Shown piece by piece: positions 35,295-50,500 of a stretch of DNA of 64,000 nt (its first letter is position 1; each line of letters begins with the position of its first letter). The notes below the pieces were generated by a model. That model did not search any database. It was not told the DNA's origin and saw only the letters and a list, made by a program, of their open reading frames with translations. The DNA comes from Vermamoeba vermiformis (lineage: Eukaryota), in NCBI GenBank assembly GCA_045837725.1, contig JBEWZL010000056.1:1-64000 (forward strand), given 5' to 3'. The translations under genes and the position numbers were made by a program.

Positions 35295-36865
35295 ATGTTC
35301 TCCAACACACTTGCTTCGGGCTTTTCACCCTTGATTAAATCAATCAGAGGTGTATTAAAGAGAAAAAATCCCGTTACATACCCTGCACGCACTAACCACT
35401 CAAGAAAATTCCTCTTTTCAACTACGAAGTTTCAGATGTCGACCAATAACACTTTCAAATTTGCTGCCATTCAATTAGCCGTTACAGCTGATAAAGAACA
35501 TAATTTAAAAAATGCCGCCGACAAAATTAAAGAAGCTGCAAGCAACGGAGCTAAAGTGATCTCTCTTCCCGTAAGTACCACGCATATATTTAGCTACGAG
35601 CTCTTCAATATCGATCTACCTATTTAATAATACAATATCCACATATTTCTACGCGGAAAGTGACGTTCTTCTCGATAAAGATTTTTCGATCCAAAAAAAA
35701 AATTCATTGGACAGTCAATTTAATCGCTCTAATTGTCCATTATGTGAAATTATTATTGATTTCAATAAATGATATTAGGAATGCTTCAATTGTCCCTATG
35801 GCAATCAATATTTCCCGACTTACGCGGAGTCCATTGGCGAAGGTCCCACCGCTAAAATGTTGGCCCAAGCAGCTATCGACAACAAAGTATACCTTGTAGG
35901 AGGTAAGATTACACGATATTCATTCGCTCACATTAAACCATATTAAACTCGAGATCTAATTTATTAACGTTCAATTATAGGTTCATTCCCCGAGCGTGAA
36001 GGCGACAAATTATACAACACGAGCTTAACTTTCTCACCTGAGGGCAAAGTGCTCACAAAACACCGCAAGGTACGTGCATGCGACTGCAGCCCAATAATTT
36101 CATATCATGTAACACCGTTGCTCCAAAGGTCCATTTGTTCGACATTAATATTCCGGGCAAGATGGTGTTCAAAGAGTCTGAAACTCTCTCGCCAGGCAAC
36201 ACATTGTCGTACTTTGATACGGGTAAGTGGCAAGTTGAGTGAATGAAGCGATGTATTCTTAATGCTTCTCGACTAGAATTCTGTCGCATTGGTGTCGCCA
36301 TTTGTTACGACGTTCGTTTTGCTGAATTGGCGCAATTGTCCGCGCAGAAGGCTGGTACGTACCTTACTTGTCGCGTACACTAGTGTCACAGTTCATTATG
36401 TCTGACTCTTATTTAGGCTGCAAAGTGCTGTGCTACCCAGGTGCATTCAATATGACCACTGGTCCCGCTCATTGGGAATTGCTTCTGCGTGCCAGGTGAG
36501 AACAGATCCGTTACTAGGATAATGATAAATGACCCGTTAATAACCTTATTCATCTTAAGAGCTCTTGACAATCAAGTCTACGTTGCCGGTGTATCTCCCG
36601 CGCGAGATGAAAAGGCTACATACATCGCTTGGGGTCACTCGACGATTGTAAATCCGTGGGGTGAAGTTGTAGCAAAGGCTAGTGCTGAAGCTGCTATTAT
36701 TTATGCTGACATCGGTATGTTTACAATATACGACGTACTCATAACAATAATATCTAATGTAATGGCGCAGATCTTGCTCGCTTGGATGAGATCCGAAGCC
36801 AAATTCCTATTACCTTCCAAAGACGCAGCGATATGTACGAAGTTATCGACAAAACTCAGAAATAG
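35295..36865 (+). CDS. NIT2: Omega-amidase, nitrilase family (NIT2-like); alternative ATG at 35436
   Basis: [26 protein letters not shown] (E-K-C triad), [27 protein letters not shown]. Confidence 0.92.
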
Positions 36866-37035
36866 ACTGCGCAATCGTAGCTCTAACGCAAATAAACCTT
36901 TAAAAGAAACAAAAAAAGTCTGCGTATTTTTTTTGGCGTTACTACCCTTATTAACACGAGCTAAACACAGCTCGCTGTTTAATGTAAATATATTGTATAT
37001 AGAAAAGTGTTGCTAATTGAATGTATGAATAACAA

Positions 37036-40000
37036 ATGGACTTTGACTTGGATCTGTCAGAAGTTCTGCGTAAGTCCGAAAATCCATCTAAATGGCTTTA
37101 AAAAATTAGCAAAAATATGTATTACAATAATCTAGCATTAAACTCAGAATTGAATTTTTTATTCGCAAGTTTTAATTGCCACGTTGATCCACGTTAAACG
37201 GCATTTTATAATAAATCAAACAATTGTGTAATATTGATTGATTTATTAACTTCTTTTTTTAGCATTAAATTATGGCAAAGAAAACGAAATGGAAGTGGAT
37301 TCAGTCCCGCTACTACCATCACCGACTCCAACGCAACTGGAAAATTTAAATAACACTCAAGAAATTTTATCCAGCCAGGCTACAGTCGAGGAAAATAATA
37401 CTGGAAATTTGGCGTCAAGTCAGACTCAAATTGAGAGTAATAATAAGCCTTAATTTGTGACCAACTTATTAACCTTATTAATAATATTTTATAGAATCTA
37501 TACTAGCGAGTAGTACTGATTCGGCGAACTCTGAAACTAGCCGTGCAAAGCATCGTAAGTTCGTTTCAATTTTGACATTTGAATCAGCCTTACTAATCTC
37601 GCAAAAGGCTGCAGTATTTGTGGCATGGTCGGTCACACAGCTGGAAACAAAAAATTTCATCATGGAGGACGCACTGAAGACGAAGAAGTGCTCGAAGATA
37701 TTTTGCCGAGTGACGTTGACTTGACATTAATCACGAGGAGTAAGCAGAGAATTGTAATATAGTGCTTAAATCATAATATTGACGTTCATATTCGCGCAAT
37801 AGTTGAAGGCAAAAGAGGAGCAAATGTTGCAACTAAATTGTTAAAATGGGCCAAAAATGAACTGGGTTACGTGCCCAGAGAATTAGCTGCCTCAATGAAA
37901 CGACACGACCGATATAGGCTGTTGGTCAATACTACTGAGGGTACTATATTTAAACTAAGGCAAAATAATTAATTGTTTTTATTTAATGTTGATTTTCCAG
38001 ATTTGGAAAAAATAGCAAATAAGGAATTTGAATACGAAGACCTGAAATTTACTTTCAAACCAGCGAGCGACATTTTTACAATTCATAAGAGGCGGCAAGA
38101 ACTCGTCGACAGTCTTTCAAAACAAAACGATGGCTTGGAATACAATTGTCGCTGTGGCAGTACGACACCTACTGTAGCCTTGGCTGGTGATCCTGTGGAC
38201 TTGCGATGTGCTGTGTGCAACAAAATGTTTCATCAGAGGTGCACTGAATGCAATTTGGTGGATTCGCCTTTACCTGGTACATATCTATCGCATTGCTATA
38301 GTAATATCGATCGTTAATTGAGATCTTTTAGGTGATTGGGCCTATGAATTTTTGTGTAAACGGTGCAATTTTCTTGAGAATAGGATTCTGGTACGAAAGA
38401 TAATCCATAATATATGTGGCTAACCCTTTAATAGACAGATGCATTTTCATTTCAACTCAAGGACTCTGAGAGTATTTTGCTGGTAGCGTTGTATAATATG
38501 CACTTGGAAGCGATTAAAGAACGAAGATTGGATACGGATTTCTTCCACGAAAACGAAATTTCAGATTTTATCGAAGAACATTTTGACGCACTGTGCTATT
38601 ACAAGCCGAAGAAATCGTACATCGGAAAACCAATGCCAGAGCCCTTGAGACAGTGCTTTCAAAACACTGAGTTATTTAAAGCGGGACAACCAGAGTGCTG
38701 GAGTCTGGTGAGCTATGAAAATCCTTTGTTGACACATTCATCACCGAGGAAAAAGCCGAAAAGGTACGGTTACAAGCCATTTGACACTTTGACATTTTTG
38801 ACACTTTGACAGGCAACGAGCTGCAAGGGAGGCTAAAGCCGAGGAAAATCCCGCGAAGACAAGGTAAATGCATGAAACATCTTTTTGAAGGATTATTCGC
38901 TAATGGTTCAACTGCAGTCGTGGTGAAAAACGTAAATTATCAGAATTGTCTACAAGTCCTCCATCACAATCAAAAGTCTCACCGCCAGGCACACCGTCAG
39001 CACAATCAACTTCGCCAACCTCAAGTTCAGCACCTTCAAGACCTCCGCTAACACTCGGCAACTCATTTTCAAGTGTCACAACATTCCCTGTGCCACGGAC
39101 ATTGAGATCAAAAGACGCACCATCGACAAGTAATAATAGCAATGCAGCCACAGATCTGAACGACAACTTTGAAAACGATCGAGTGTTCAGCGCCTCAAAA
39201 GTGATCAAAAAGCGAAAAACGAACGGCAAAGTGCAGTACTTAATTCAACTGTAAGTAGTATTTCTGGAATATCATCGATTGACGCAAGTTATTTACGTTT
39301 ACGCTGCAGGCGCGAAGAAGGCAAAAAAGAAACAATCCGCATGTGGTTCAGCAGCGAGCAGCTGTCAATATTGCAGAACGAGGAAGAGACCGTTGTTATT
39401 AACCCTCCGCCTCCGCCACCCCCGCCTCCTCCTCCAAAGCCTCAAAGTACGCCATACATCCTATCATTTCCTCCCGTATTAACTTTCTTGTAGCCGAGGA
39501 TGACTTGGAGGAGATCTCAGCCGCAAAAATGATCGAAGGGCAATTGAATTTTCTCGTAAAATGGAAAGGCCACGAAACACATACATTTGTGCCTGCTTCA
39601 ATATTGAACAAGTAAGAACGGACTATTTTAAATAACAATGTCCTAACATAACGCAGAGTTGCTCCAATGGCTGTCATTAAGTTCTACGAAAGTCGAGTTA
39701 GTTTTGATAAGCCAAAGCGACAAAGCAACGGAACTTCGGATGAGAAGGAAAAAGAAAAGAAGAAAATGGCTCAAGATGAAATTACGACAAATTTGGCACT
39801 GCAGCTCGTACAACAACAGAAACTGCAGCAACAAATCATATCACAATTATTACAGAGCAGGCCACCGTTGAAGAATAACAACGACAAGGCAACGACCTCT
39901 AAAGTCGTGCCGTGCACTGGCTGCAATGTTCTGTTGCAGTATCACGCCAATGCGAGACAAATTCAGTGCCCGCGATGTAAGACAACAATGACGTTAGAAA

Positions 40001-40038
40001 ATTCGACTGTAACAGTCATCGATGTAGAAAAGATCTAA
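37036..40038 (+). CDS. Chromatin protein: ASH2-type PHD + winged helix, chromodomain, chromo-shadow domain, LSD1-type zinc finger
   Basis: CRCG..CAVCNKMFHQRC..PLPGDWAYEFLCKRC; VALYNMH..ISDFIEEHFD; SKVIKKRKTNGKVQYLI; LNFLVKWKG..APMAVIKFYESR; CTGCNVLLQY..IQCPRCKT. Confidence 0.8.
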
Positions 40039-40130
40039 TAAAACCAAAAATTTAATTGTAAAACAAACGCTCTTAGTAATTACAGTTCTAATACTAATCG
40101 CAGAGTCCGAAAAAAGCAAAGCAAAATCTT

Positions 40131-42549
40131 TTAGAAATTTTCTTTGTGATAAACGAAGCGAGTGCGAGAGCGCACATCAGTGAACTTCAAGCAAGCCTTG
40201 TCGAGCTGATTGGAGATCAAAGGATGACCACAGAAGAAGCAGCCGATGTCTGCAATAGCCTTATTAGTATCATGCCATTATCTGGTATAGTGTTACGTAC
40301 TTTGACCGGCGTATTTCTGACCCAATTCACCGAAGATCTTGTCCATGTTGGGACGGTTGAAGAAAGTTTTGGCATTAGCGAGACCAGTAATACCGTCGCG
40401 ACCTTCGTTGGCACCATAGATAGCGGTTCTATAAGGGAATTGTTAATACTTGTCAAACTTCGACACGCGATCTAGATCCGTACCTGATGTCATCAGCAGT
40501 GGCTTGAGTAATGAACAAGTTGATTTCCAAGAACGGGCATCGTTCTTCAAGGGCTGCACGAACTGATTAGCACTATGCTTAACACTACTGATCGATAAGA
40601 CTTACTGGCAAGGAGATCCAAGAACCACTCGAAAGAAGCAGTGTCACGGGTGATCCAGAAGAAGTGGACCTTGCGAATAGGGCAGCCATCAGGATCAGTG
40701 TCGATCTTGTACTTAATGAACTTCAAAATTGAGGCCATAGGAGTAACACCAATACCAGCGGCCCAGAGCAAGACAGTGTTGAACTTGAAGACGTCTTCGG
40801 AAGCAGCTCCGTAAGGACCGTCGACTTGGAGAATAGGAGCGCCGTTAGGAGCAGAAGTGACACCACGTTGAACGAGACCGAGTTTTCTGTTGGGGTTGAA
40901 CAAGTTGTGCAAGGCACCAGTCCAGTCACCAGCGTTCTTGACGTGAATGCTCAAGAAGTCCTCGTCAGGGCTGGAGGAGATAGTGAAAGGATGCCACTCT
41001 TGGCTGGCAATGTAAGGGCAGTTGACGAAGACGTATTGGCCCGGCTAAAGTGGTCAAGTTAGTGCGTGCAACATGGCCATAACTGATGACTAAATCTACT
41101 TACGACGTAGTTGAAAGTCTCCTTCTTAATGCGCAACTCAATGACACCAGAGGGGTGAGCAATAGCCTCAGACACGACGGCATTTTGCGAGCCTCTGAAT
41201 TGAATATTAGTCGTTGAAAGGGCGAGGGTCACGTGACTTGACTGACCTGACACGACGCAAGATACGCTCCATCAAATATAACATAGCAGGTCCGGCCCAC
41301 CACATCCAGAAGTTAGCAGGCTCGAGAATGCCGAGACCTCCATGAATGCAAATGCAGACGAAGAACACAATGAACAAGTGGTGCGTGTACCAGAACAACT
41401 CGAAGTGCTTTCTGCGCACACTGGAGACCGCAGTGGTGTACATAAGAATCATGCACAGAATGATAATGTGACCAGTGACGCCTGGCAGGGTGCCCCACAA
41501 CTGAAGTGAAGTGATGCGTGAGGTGATGTTCTACGCGTGTTATTAAAGTACGTACCATGTGGTAAGCGCTGGGAGTCTCAGTGCTGCCAGGAGGCAAGAC
41601 CTTCAAGCTAACTAAGAGAGCAGGCTCTTCTAGACTCAAACGGTAGAAGTTGACGTAGTGAGCCATGCTGCAGGTAAAATTAGTTGAAGTTCGACAAAAA
41701 TAGGTTTGTAACGTACCTATGACCAGTAGCATAGAGAGCAAGCATCCAAGCAATAGCCTTGTGCCATTCAATGTGCTTGTCGAAGATGGGCAGGTATGTT
41801 CCAACCCATGTTTCTCTCACACTATGGAAAAAACGAAAATCAGCGATCCACGGGTTTAAAAAAATCCAAAAAATCCAATTGATACGCCTTAGTAACTGTC
41901 GTTAATGTACTTACATCGACAAAAAATTTCTAAGCATAGTAATCATAATAGCACTACCGCACAGCTTGATAGCGGCACCACAGGATCTAGCCCAACTTAC
42001 ACCGTGGCCAAGAAGGCCAAAGACGTCTGGTCGTTGAAATGTATAATCTGCATGAATATGTTATTAGCCATTGCTCCACATCCGTGGTTTACAAATTTAA
42101 ATGACATTTTCTGTGGAATTAAGGAATAAACGCTAAAATGCGCTATTGGTAGCTATAAAACATTCGTATAGTTTATGAGCAATAATTTGTTCAAAGCAAA
42201 CGTTCCCCAACGTTCATGAAATTGGATGAGGATCAACGTCAAAATGAAACTTCAACAGAAAATTAACAGTGAGTTGCATTTAAACAAGTGTCGTCAATAA
42301 ATTAAAAGGCTTCTTTGTATAAATTAGCCACAATTAAGCAAGTTGACAGCTCGTAGCCAATATACAAAATCCATCATCTAACTTACATAAATATCTCTCC
42401 ACGAAGACTCCGACGTTTGCCAATAAAAAGATTATAATAACTAGCAACGAGAGGCCTTGGTTAGTAAGCCATGCTCGTGCACGCTCGCCGGAGGTTGGAG
42501 GTGCCTTTTTAGCAGGAGCAGAGCGAGGGATCAATCTCTCGTTGTCCAT
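40131..42549 (-). CDS. NADPH oxidase catalytic subunit (NoxA/gp91phox type, no EF-hands)
   Basis: FELFWYTHHLF, WHPFTISS, VDGPYGAAS, AGIGVTP, FFCG, C-terminal HKENF*. Confidence 0.95.
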
Positions 42550-42961
42550 TCCTGCTGATAACAATAAATAAATATAGACCTTCGATGTGGCTTCTAGGTC
42601 CTTGACGTATCGAATGTTCGAGAAATTGACAAGGTTGGTTTTCAAGAAAGAGCGGGACTGACGACTTGACATGTGGATTTTTTGAAAATAATTAATCTCA
42701 ATTTTACCACATCTTACAGCACTACAGAAATCATATTCTTGCTTGCTTACTATGATCTGTAAAAGGATGGATGTGACTGAAAAGTCTACGTTACGCTTGT
42801 TCGTCATTACGGTCGTTCCAATTATGCATGATAGGGCCATATCAATTTAGGAATAATTTCGACGAAATTACAATAAGTTGAGAAAAGGCGTCAGACCACG
42901 TTGGTTCAAAAGTGTCTCTCGTCTAAATTCATTTATTTTTTCTTTTACAGCGAGTCACACC

Positions 42962-44129
42962 ATGTCATTAGCAGACCAGCTCGCGCAACGCAAAGCGCGA
43001 TTGTCCAAGACAGAGACCATGGTCCGCGATGAGAATGGACAAATATACCGCGAGATCATCACAGACACTGGCGAAATAAAGAAAGAGGCAATCTCGAAGG
43101 AAATATTGAACCGTTTCGATCCTAATGCTAGTGCTGTATTACTTCCAATGTTTTATGACCGCCATGAGCACAATTGGGTCAATGCACACGCTAACAAGAC
43201 AGATCGACCAGCAACAAAGACTCAAAAATTATCTTTTATCACCTACAATGTATGGTTCGATGAAAGGCACCAAAAAGAACGCGCAGAAGCATTATTCAAA
43301 ATTATAGAAAAATACGAACCAGATTTCGTTTGTCTCCAAGAGTGTACAAAGATTTTCTTGGATATTCTAAAAGAACAAAAGTGGGCACAAAAGCATTATC
43401 ATGTGTCTGATGCAGAAGGAGTTACCATTATTCCGTATGGAACCTTGATCCTCTCGAAGCATGGATTTTCCCAGCTCAAGATCCATTCGCTGCCCAGCAA
43501 TCAAGGAAGGAGATTTTTAGTGGCAGAAGTTAATATACGCGTAGGAGATAATGCTACGGAAACAGTTAGAGTCTCAACGGTGCATCTGGAAAGTCTTTTA
43601 AACCAAGGTAGATTTGCAGCGCTTCCTTTTGGATGCTTGACGACTAACGAGTTAATAGACTATAGGATAGAACAACTCAAGCAAATATTTACAATTCTCG
43701 AAGAGGGCAAGCATAATTTCTTTATGGGCGATATGAACTTTGGTGACAACAAGATGGTGAACAAAGAACACGACTCAATACCCAGTACATACACGGATTC
43801 ATGGATAGAACTATCAGGACGCGAGCCCAAGCTAAAAATGGAGTATAAAGAAGGCTGGACAATTGCAGGTTTGTTTCTCGTTTATTCGGGGTTGAAATCT
43901 CCCGAATGTGAGATTTAAATTGTACTGTACTCTCGGACTAATTTATATTATAATTATAGGACAGCGATATGATCGGTTATTTTATCGATCGCCATTGTTC
44001 AAAACGTCCAAATTTAAAATTATTGGCAGAGATCCTATTCTTGTCGTCAACAAAGAAGAGATCTTTCCGTCGGATCATTTTGGTTTATATGTAGAATTAG
44101 AGGCAGAGCATTCGTTTAGGATAGTCTAA
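42962..44129 (+). CDS. Endonuclease/exonuclease/phosphatase protein, TDP2-like
   Basis: TYNVWF, DFVCLQE, TVHLES, MGDMNF, RYDR, PSDHFG. Confidence 0.88.
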
Positions 44130-44537
44130 TTTAAATACAAGGCCCTGTTATTAATTAAATTGTACTTTTAAAACAGTCCCTTCAAGTTTTAGATGCAAGG
44201 CAGTCGAAGATTTTGTCTTAGCGTAAGTATTACTTTATTTATAAATTCAAAAGGCTGCGGCCAAATTAAGGAAAATTAATCCTTGACAAGCATTATTTCC
44301 TTTTAAAGAAAATCATTGAAGTTAATTAATACGTATTGCCAACACTGCCACGCATATTGCTCGAACTAACGCATTGCATTATATCTTAGGTTATTCCTTG
44401 ATCTAAAGAGGCTTGCATCAACGGTTCAACGGCGTAGCTTTACTTGACTAATAAGGAAAGGAGGTAAATTTAACCCGTTTTTTCACGCCAAAGAAAGCTA
44501 AAATTGAACCGAACACCACAAGTCGTTCGCCAAAAAG

Positions 44538-47500
44538 ATGAGAAGGGCAATCATATTTACCCTTCTCGGATTTATATTCATTTTGCCAGCCATTGTAACT
44601 GCCGGTAGGATCTTTATTTTGAAGTCATTTAACCCTTTGGTGCTCTATTAATCGTAAAATATTATTATAGTCGCTCCTAAGGTGGTTAAGGCAACGTATG
44701 AGGTAAGTTTTTTGCCAAAGTTCAATTTGCCAAAGTTAACAGTGGATGATACTCCTAGATCAAAGACGCCGTTGTATCTGATACTGCATACGAAGTTGCG
44801 ATTTTCAGTGTTGATTTCGACCAAGAGTTATATTTAATGGAAAATTTTCCTTGCCCCTGCGCGAGTTGTTCTTCCGTAAATTATCCGCCTGCCAATGAAA
44901 CTGGGTACAACATTACCTCCATAGCGACTAATACTTGGGAAGAAGTAAGCTGGATTACGCAGTTGGCAGTTTTTTATTGATGATTGCAAAAATTAGGCAG
45001 AACTTTATGGACCTGGCTCGATCAAGTACTACAAAATCGATTTGGACAATTCCTTCTCGTGCTCCAATATCTACGTTGAGGTGGAGATTCTTCATGGTTT
45101 TATTGCGGTTTACGGCGCTAACTCAAGGTAACTTTTTGACCTCGGATTTGTCTCCGTCCGAAAATAAATTTAAATTCTATTTTTAGAGTGCCAACTGCTA
45201 GCGACTATGATTGGTATAGGCCTGTTTCAGGACGAAGATACTTGCCAATTTGCAATGCTCATCGCAGATTCGGCTTGGGCACGCTGTACATCGGAGTTCG
45301 AACTAACCAGCCTTTAAACGAGTACAACCGCTACCAAATTCGCGTAATTTCTCAACCGACTGGAACTTGTCCTACACCGCGCACTATGCCTACTATAACC
45401 TCTGGTAAGCCAACACAAATTTTAGCTCGAAGATCTGGATGTAACTGTTGATCTAGACTTTCCCGCTGGTTTCCAATGGTTGCAAGACTCAATCCCCACC
45501 AATAACTTTGCCGAACCCGGAGTTTATAACCATTATGGTTATTTAGTGGAGACTGAGTGCGTACGTTTCGCTGCTTCGTTGCACAAAAACTCCAGCGTTG
45601 GTGATGTGGATCTCTTCGTCTCAACCATTGCTCCTCCCACTGGATATGACCAACAACTCGACCCTCGCGAAGATTGGGTGTCGGCGCTGGACGGTGAAGA
45701 CGCTGTGTCGTTCTACCACTGCTCGAAGACAGTCCCCTTCACGATCTGGCTCGCAGTTACTGCTTACGATCTGCCCACTGGCTACGATATCATCGGTACT
45801 ACTCGTAAGTTTCTGATCAAAGATATCACGTGGATACTAATCATTCGCATAGAGGATTCAACTTTTATGTACAATCCACTGAGCACAATTGCCTTGAACT
45901 CCCCTGGCAATGAGCTTACTCGTAAGTTCTGTGTCCGCTTATAAATGATTTAATACTTTGCTAACTGTAGGTCATTTCCGCATGGAGTGCACGAATCCTG
46001 ACAACTCTGCCGAGGTCGAGCGCTTTTATTGCGAGTTCCCTGGCTTCCCGAACTGCGTCTCCGAAGAAATCAATTGCTGCTTCCCAATGTACCCTATTGC
46101 GCCCACCAAGACCTCGAATCCTTTGTGGCCTTGGAATGCAGCGATATCCCAATTAGCTCCTCTAGCGGCCGTCTCTTGGTAACGCACATCCAACCATCAC
46201 TTTTGTATCTAATAACTCATCATAGGGAGGACCAAGACTACAATACTGAACGTATTTCTAACCGCGTCTCGGTTGCTTTGATGCGCACCATTCATCACGA
46301 CGAACAACACTTCCATTACACCCACACTGAAGATTTTGGTAACTGCAAGCTCTCGTGGCTTGGTCGCATTACCAACAAAGATGGAGAGGTATGATAAACA
46401 AGAGCTATCGGCAGCTACTTATGCCATATCGTTTAGGCATTCCTTGAAGACACCACTTTTGAGCCCAAGGAACTCAAATGCACAGAAGGAATTGCCACTC
46501 TCGTGAAAGACACGACCGATCTCATCGATCAGCTCAGTCTTAGCACGGACTACTCGCAGCTTACTAAGGTGCACTATAAACTCATCTTCGAGTACTTGAG
46601 CGACGACTGGTTTGGATGCCGAGACATGGTCATGGGACTCGCTAGTACTACGCAGATCCCTGGCTCGACTGACTTTGTCCGAGTTTGTCAACATTATCCT
46701 GTAAGTTATTTATAGTTATGGACTTGCAGTTCACTTACCATTCAATTTAGGGAACGCTTGCTTACGATGACGATCCGTGCTGTAACATTGCGTAAGTGTC
46801 CTGGAATCCTGTAAAACGTGCGTTACTAACACGTTGTAGCTTACTTTCCGAGCAATGCTGCCCTGAGACTCCTTCGCAAGAGTTCATCGATGTGCTCGAC
46901 AAGCCTTTGGAGGCTGAAATCAACGCGCAGTGCTCATCGCCTCAGTGCACGATGAAGCAATTGACCTACTTGAGTGCTGCTCAAAAGCGAGCATTTGATC
47001 GCGACAATGGTAACAAGGAATAGGTCAATGACTGGGTCGTATTAACAGTTCATCTACAGGCTGCACTGCCGTATTGACTCGTGACGCAGACCCCCACAGT
47101 ATCAACTACTTGTCTACTTTCATTCACGACTGTCAGAAACAAATCTATGGTGAACAGCTCGAAGGTATCAAGTGCACGAAAGACAGTGACTGCGCTAGCA
47201 ACTCGTGCAACAAGACAATCGGCTTTTGTGCCCAAGGCATCGAAGAAACTTTGTCATGCTTGGCAGCGAGTATTGATCCTGCCGTGGCAAGATTCTTGTT
47301 CAACGCTTGGAAGATCCTTGACGACGCCACTCTGCAACGTATGAAAGACGAGTTCCGTAGCCGATTCGTGAAGTCAAATCAGTGCGTCGGATCTTCCTCG
47401 ATCAACTATCGGTACGTACATTTCTATTACACTGAGTTACTAATCAATCGCGCAGTGATCATTATCTGTGGGGCAGAGAGGAAGTCACATGCTCTGATGA

Positions 47501-50500
47501 CTGCTTGGCCAATGATTTGGAAACGCGTTGCTTGGACACCTCGTGTGCCGTCGATCCGTTCTGCAATTATTACGAGCTTGGTCTGTGCCACAGAAACTAC
47601 GTAAGTCGTCTTAAGCGGTGCTCGTACCAAACTTAACGTGCGTTTAGTACTTCACACGTGGCGATCCTTCTGGATGCTTGAAAGACAAGAGATGCAATTG
47701 GTTGAGCTGCGCTGGCATGACAGATGCTGAGTGCGAGACTGCCTGCAACACCTTTGCTACCGATCATTTTTGCGCTGATTGCCGTGCGGGCAACTATCCT
47801 TATTGCGAGGAGGTCACTTCACGCACCTCCGAGAACGAGTGTAATGCTGGCATTTGCGATATAGAAGGCGTTGATCCTAGCCAGGTATGAACTATTGTTG
47901 TCGTTTATAACTGTTCGAACCTAATCTTTCTTGTAGTGCGAGGCTACACAATCGTGCACAGCTAAGTGCAATGGAGTTACTTGCCCCAACCAACCTGCTT
48001 GTGAAAACAGTGGCGTGTGTTCGGACCTCCAAGTCTTTGCCAAGTTTATCGAAGCCACTGGTTCCACTGATGGTGTTTGTCTCTCGCTTCTTGAGTTGAA
48101 CAGCGATGGATTTGTTACGTGCAGCATTGACACCCACATGTCCACGGCTGTTGGTTGCGCTGATTTTACGCGATTGAATGAGAACACGTGCACTGCGTCA
48201 GGCCAACGATGGTGGAAGTTCGCTACAACACAAGCTGAATGTGAAGCATTCGATGTTTGTCACGAGACTTTCGCCGACAAGCAATTCGTCACGTGGAAGA
48301 CGCCGCAACAATGTACCAATCTTTGCGATGCTGTGCACGACACTGCGTTCACTTGGACTAAAGTAAGTACTTACTCGGACACAGGTCTTAGTAGCCCATA
48401 CTCACATTACATTGCAGGGTGTTTGGTTCACGGGCACATTGTTACCTCTCGTTTGGACGCCTCGCCAATACGTCTCCATCAACTCAATCGGCGATACTTT
48501 TGACTTCATGGAATTCCGAAAAGAGGTTAGAAACGCCATTGCCTTGAAGTTGAACTACGCTTTCACTACTGAATCTTTGTGCCGATACGAATCGCTCGTG
48601 AAAATGGTCGGCTTTACTGCTTGTGATTGCGGAGGTGGATTTAACATGAATTGCGCCGACAATCTCATTTCTGACTCGCTGATTGGTGCTACATTAGCCT
48701 GTCCTTACATCGAGTCCTCAGTGACGGTACGTTAGTTCATGAACCAAAAAAATCCTGCTGTAACTAATGGAGTATTTAGGCCCCTCCTGCTTTCATTACC
48801 ATCTTCGACAATACTGTGTCGCGCAATTCTTTCTGCACCGTTGTGCACATTCACAGAACCCCTGCCTTGTCCTTCGAATTGGAGAACACACTCGCGCTAT
48901 CCTCAGAGATTTACACTCGAAAGCAAGTAGTGCCGTTGTATTAACTATTATCTAACCTTCATTAGGTTATTCAACACCTTCTCCGTTGTTAAGAACGATA
49001 AGGGCGCCACAATTGGTCAAATTGTCAGTGACGCTATTGAATTGCAACTCGAGTTCGATGACCCGAGCACGACGATCTCCAATCCATTTGAACTTTGCAT
49101 TGCGATCGACACTAACATTGGTGTGTACTCTGCTTACACGGAGTACGGCTTTGGTGTCTTAAAGTACGTCGTAAATATTATCTCCAACCCGCTAATTAAT
49201 TATGTCAGTGTGGACACGAATGTCGTCACAGCTTCTGACACGCCAGTCACTCGCAAAGGTGATCAAGTTTGCGCGAAGGTGGTCCCTGGGCACTACGTTA
49301 TCGTTGCTCATTTGCCTGACGGTGAGTGGCAAGAGGTCGAGCCGTTTGACGAAGCACAAGCGCAAATGAAATGGGTCGGAGTTGCTTTCTACTTTGCTGG
49401 CGTAGGCTTTGGTCTGTTCCAAATCATTATTATTGCTCTGAATCGCGAGAGCCTTCGACACTCATTCAACAAGAAGATCTTGTTTGCTGTCATTACCGTC
49501 GTTTTCTTGCTGCGTAAGTTAAATTCAAATTTGCGCTTGCTTTACTAATGACACGCACTTAGTTCGTGGCATTTACTTCACCTTCCCTCCTCAATTGTTG
49601 TCCGAACAGTTCGTAATCCAATATCTCCTCTTCGAGTTGCCGACATTCATGTTCTTCTCGCTGTACACAATCGTGTTGTTCTTGTGGAATCAAGTGCTGA
49701 TCAAGCAGTCAGTCATGGCTAGAGGCCGCTCGAGAATTTTGATCAAGAAGGCATTCATTGGCTATTTGATCGCTAACTGGGTCATGTACGCGATCTTCGT
49801 GGCCTTCGTGCTCATTTATCGCTTCTGGGTCGGCACTGCGGTCGCTTGCGCCAACGAGATCAACACCAGCACTTCGCAGGATCGCTTCTACATTACGTTG
49901 GCTTACAGAATTTTCATTGCTGTCGTGTGCTTCGGTGTCAGCGTCGCGTTCATGGTGCAAGGCATCAAATTCATTATTGTAAGTTATTAATAGCCCAATA
50001 TAAGCGATCATTGCTGACCTCTGTTCAGGTCTTCCGCAAGTACAAAATGGTCAATACTTCAGGCAAAAAGGCTCGCATTAGAGTTTTGGTAGGTTTTGCG
50101 GCTATTTATTGGATGTTCCTTTCTAATGGTCTTCGTAGATCACATTCATCGCAGTGCTGTGCACGGGCCTGTTCATTGGTCGTACAATCGTGTTCTTGTA
50201 CGCAGCTGTGACTGGCAATCAAGTCGTGGTCGTTATTTTCGTCTTGTTCGAAGCACTGCCTTCTTACGGTAAGTTCAACACTGCAGTGGCCACATTGATG
50301 TAACATTTCTAACTCTTTGGTTGTCAGCACTCTTGTATTACTTGCGACCGTTCAACTCGAAAGAAATCTTCGGCGTCAGCACAGATTCGACGGGTACCAA
50401 CGGCAGCTCGCATCGTTCAGCCTCGGCTAACTCTCAACGTGACCCGGGATCAAGCGCACATCCAGCCACCAGCAGCGTTACGAATAACGACGATGACAAC

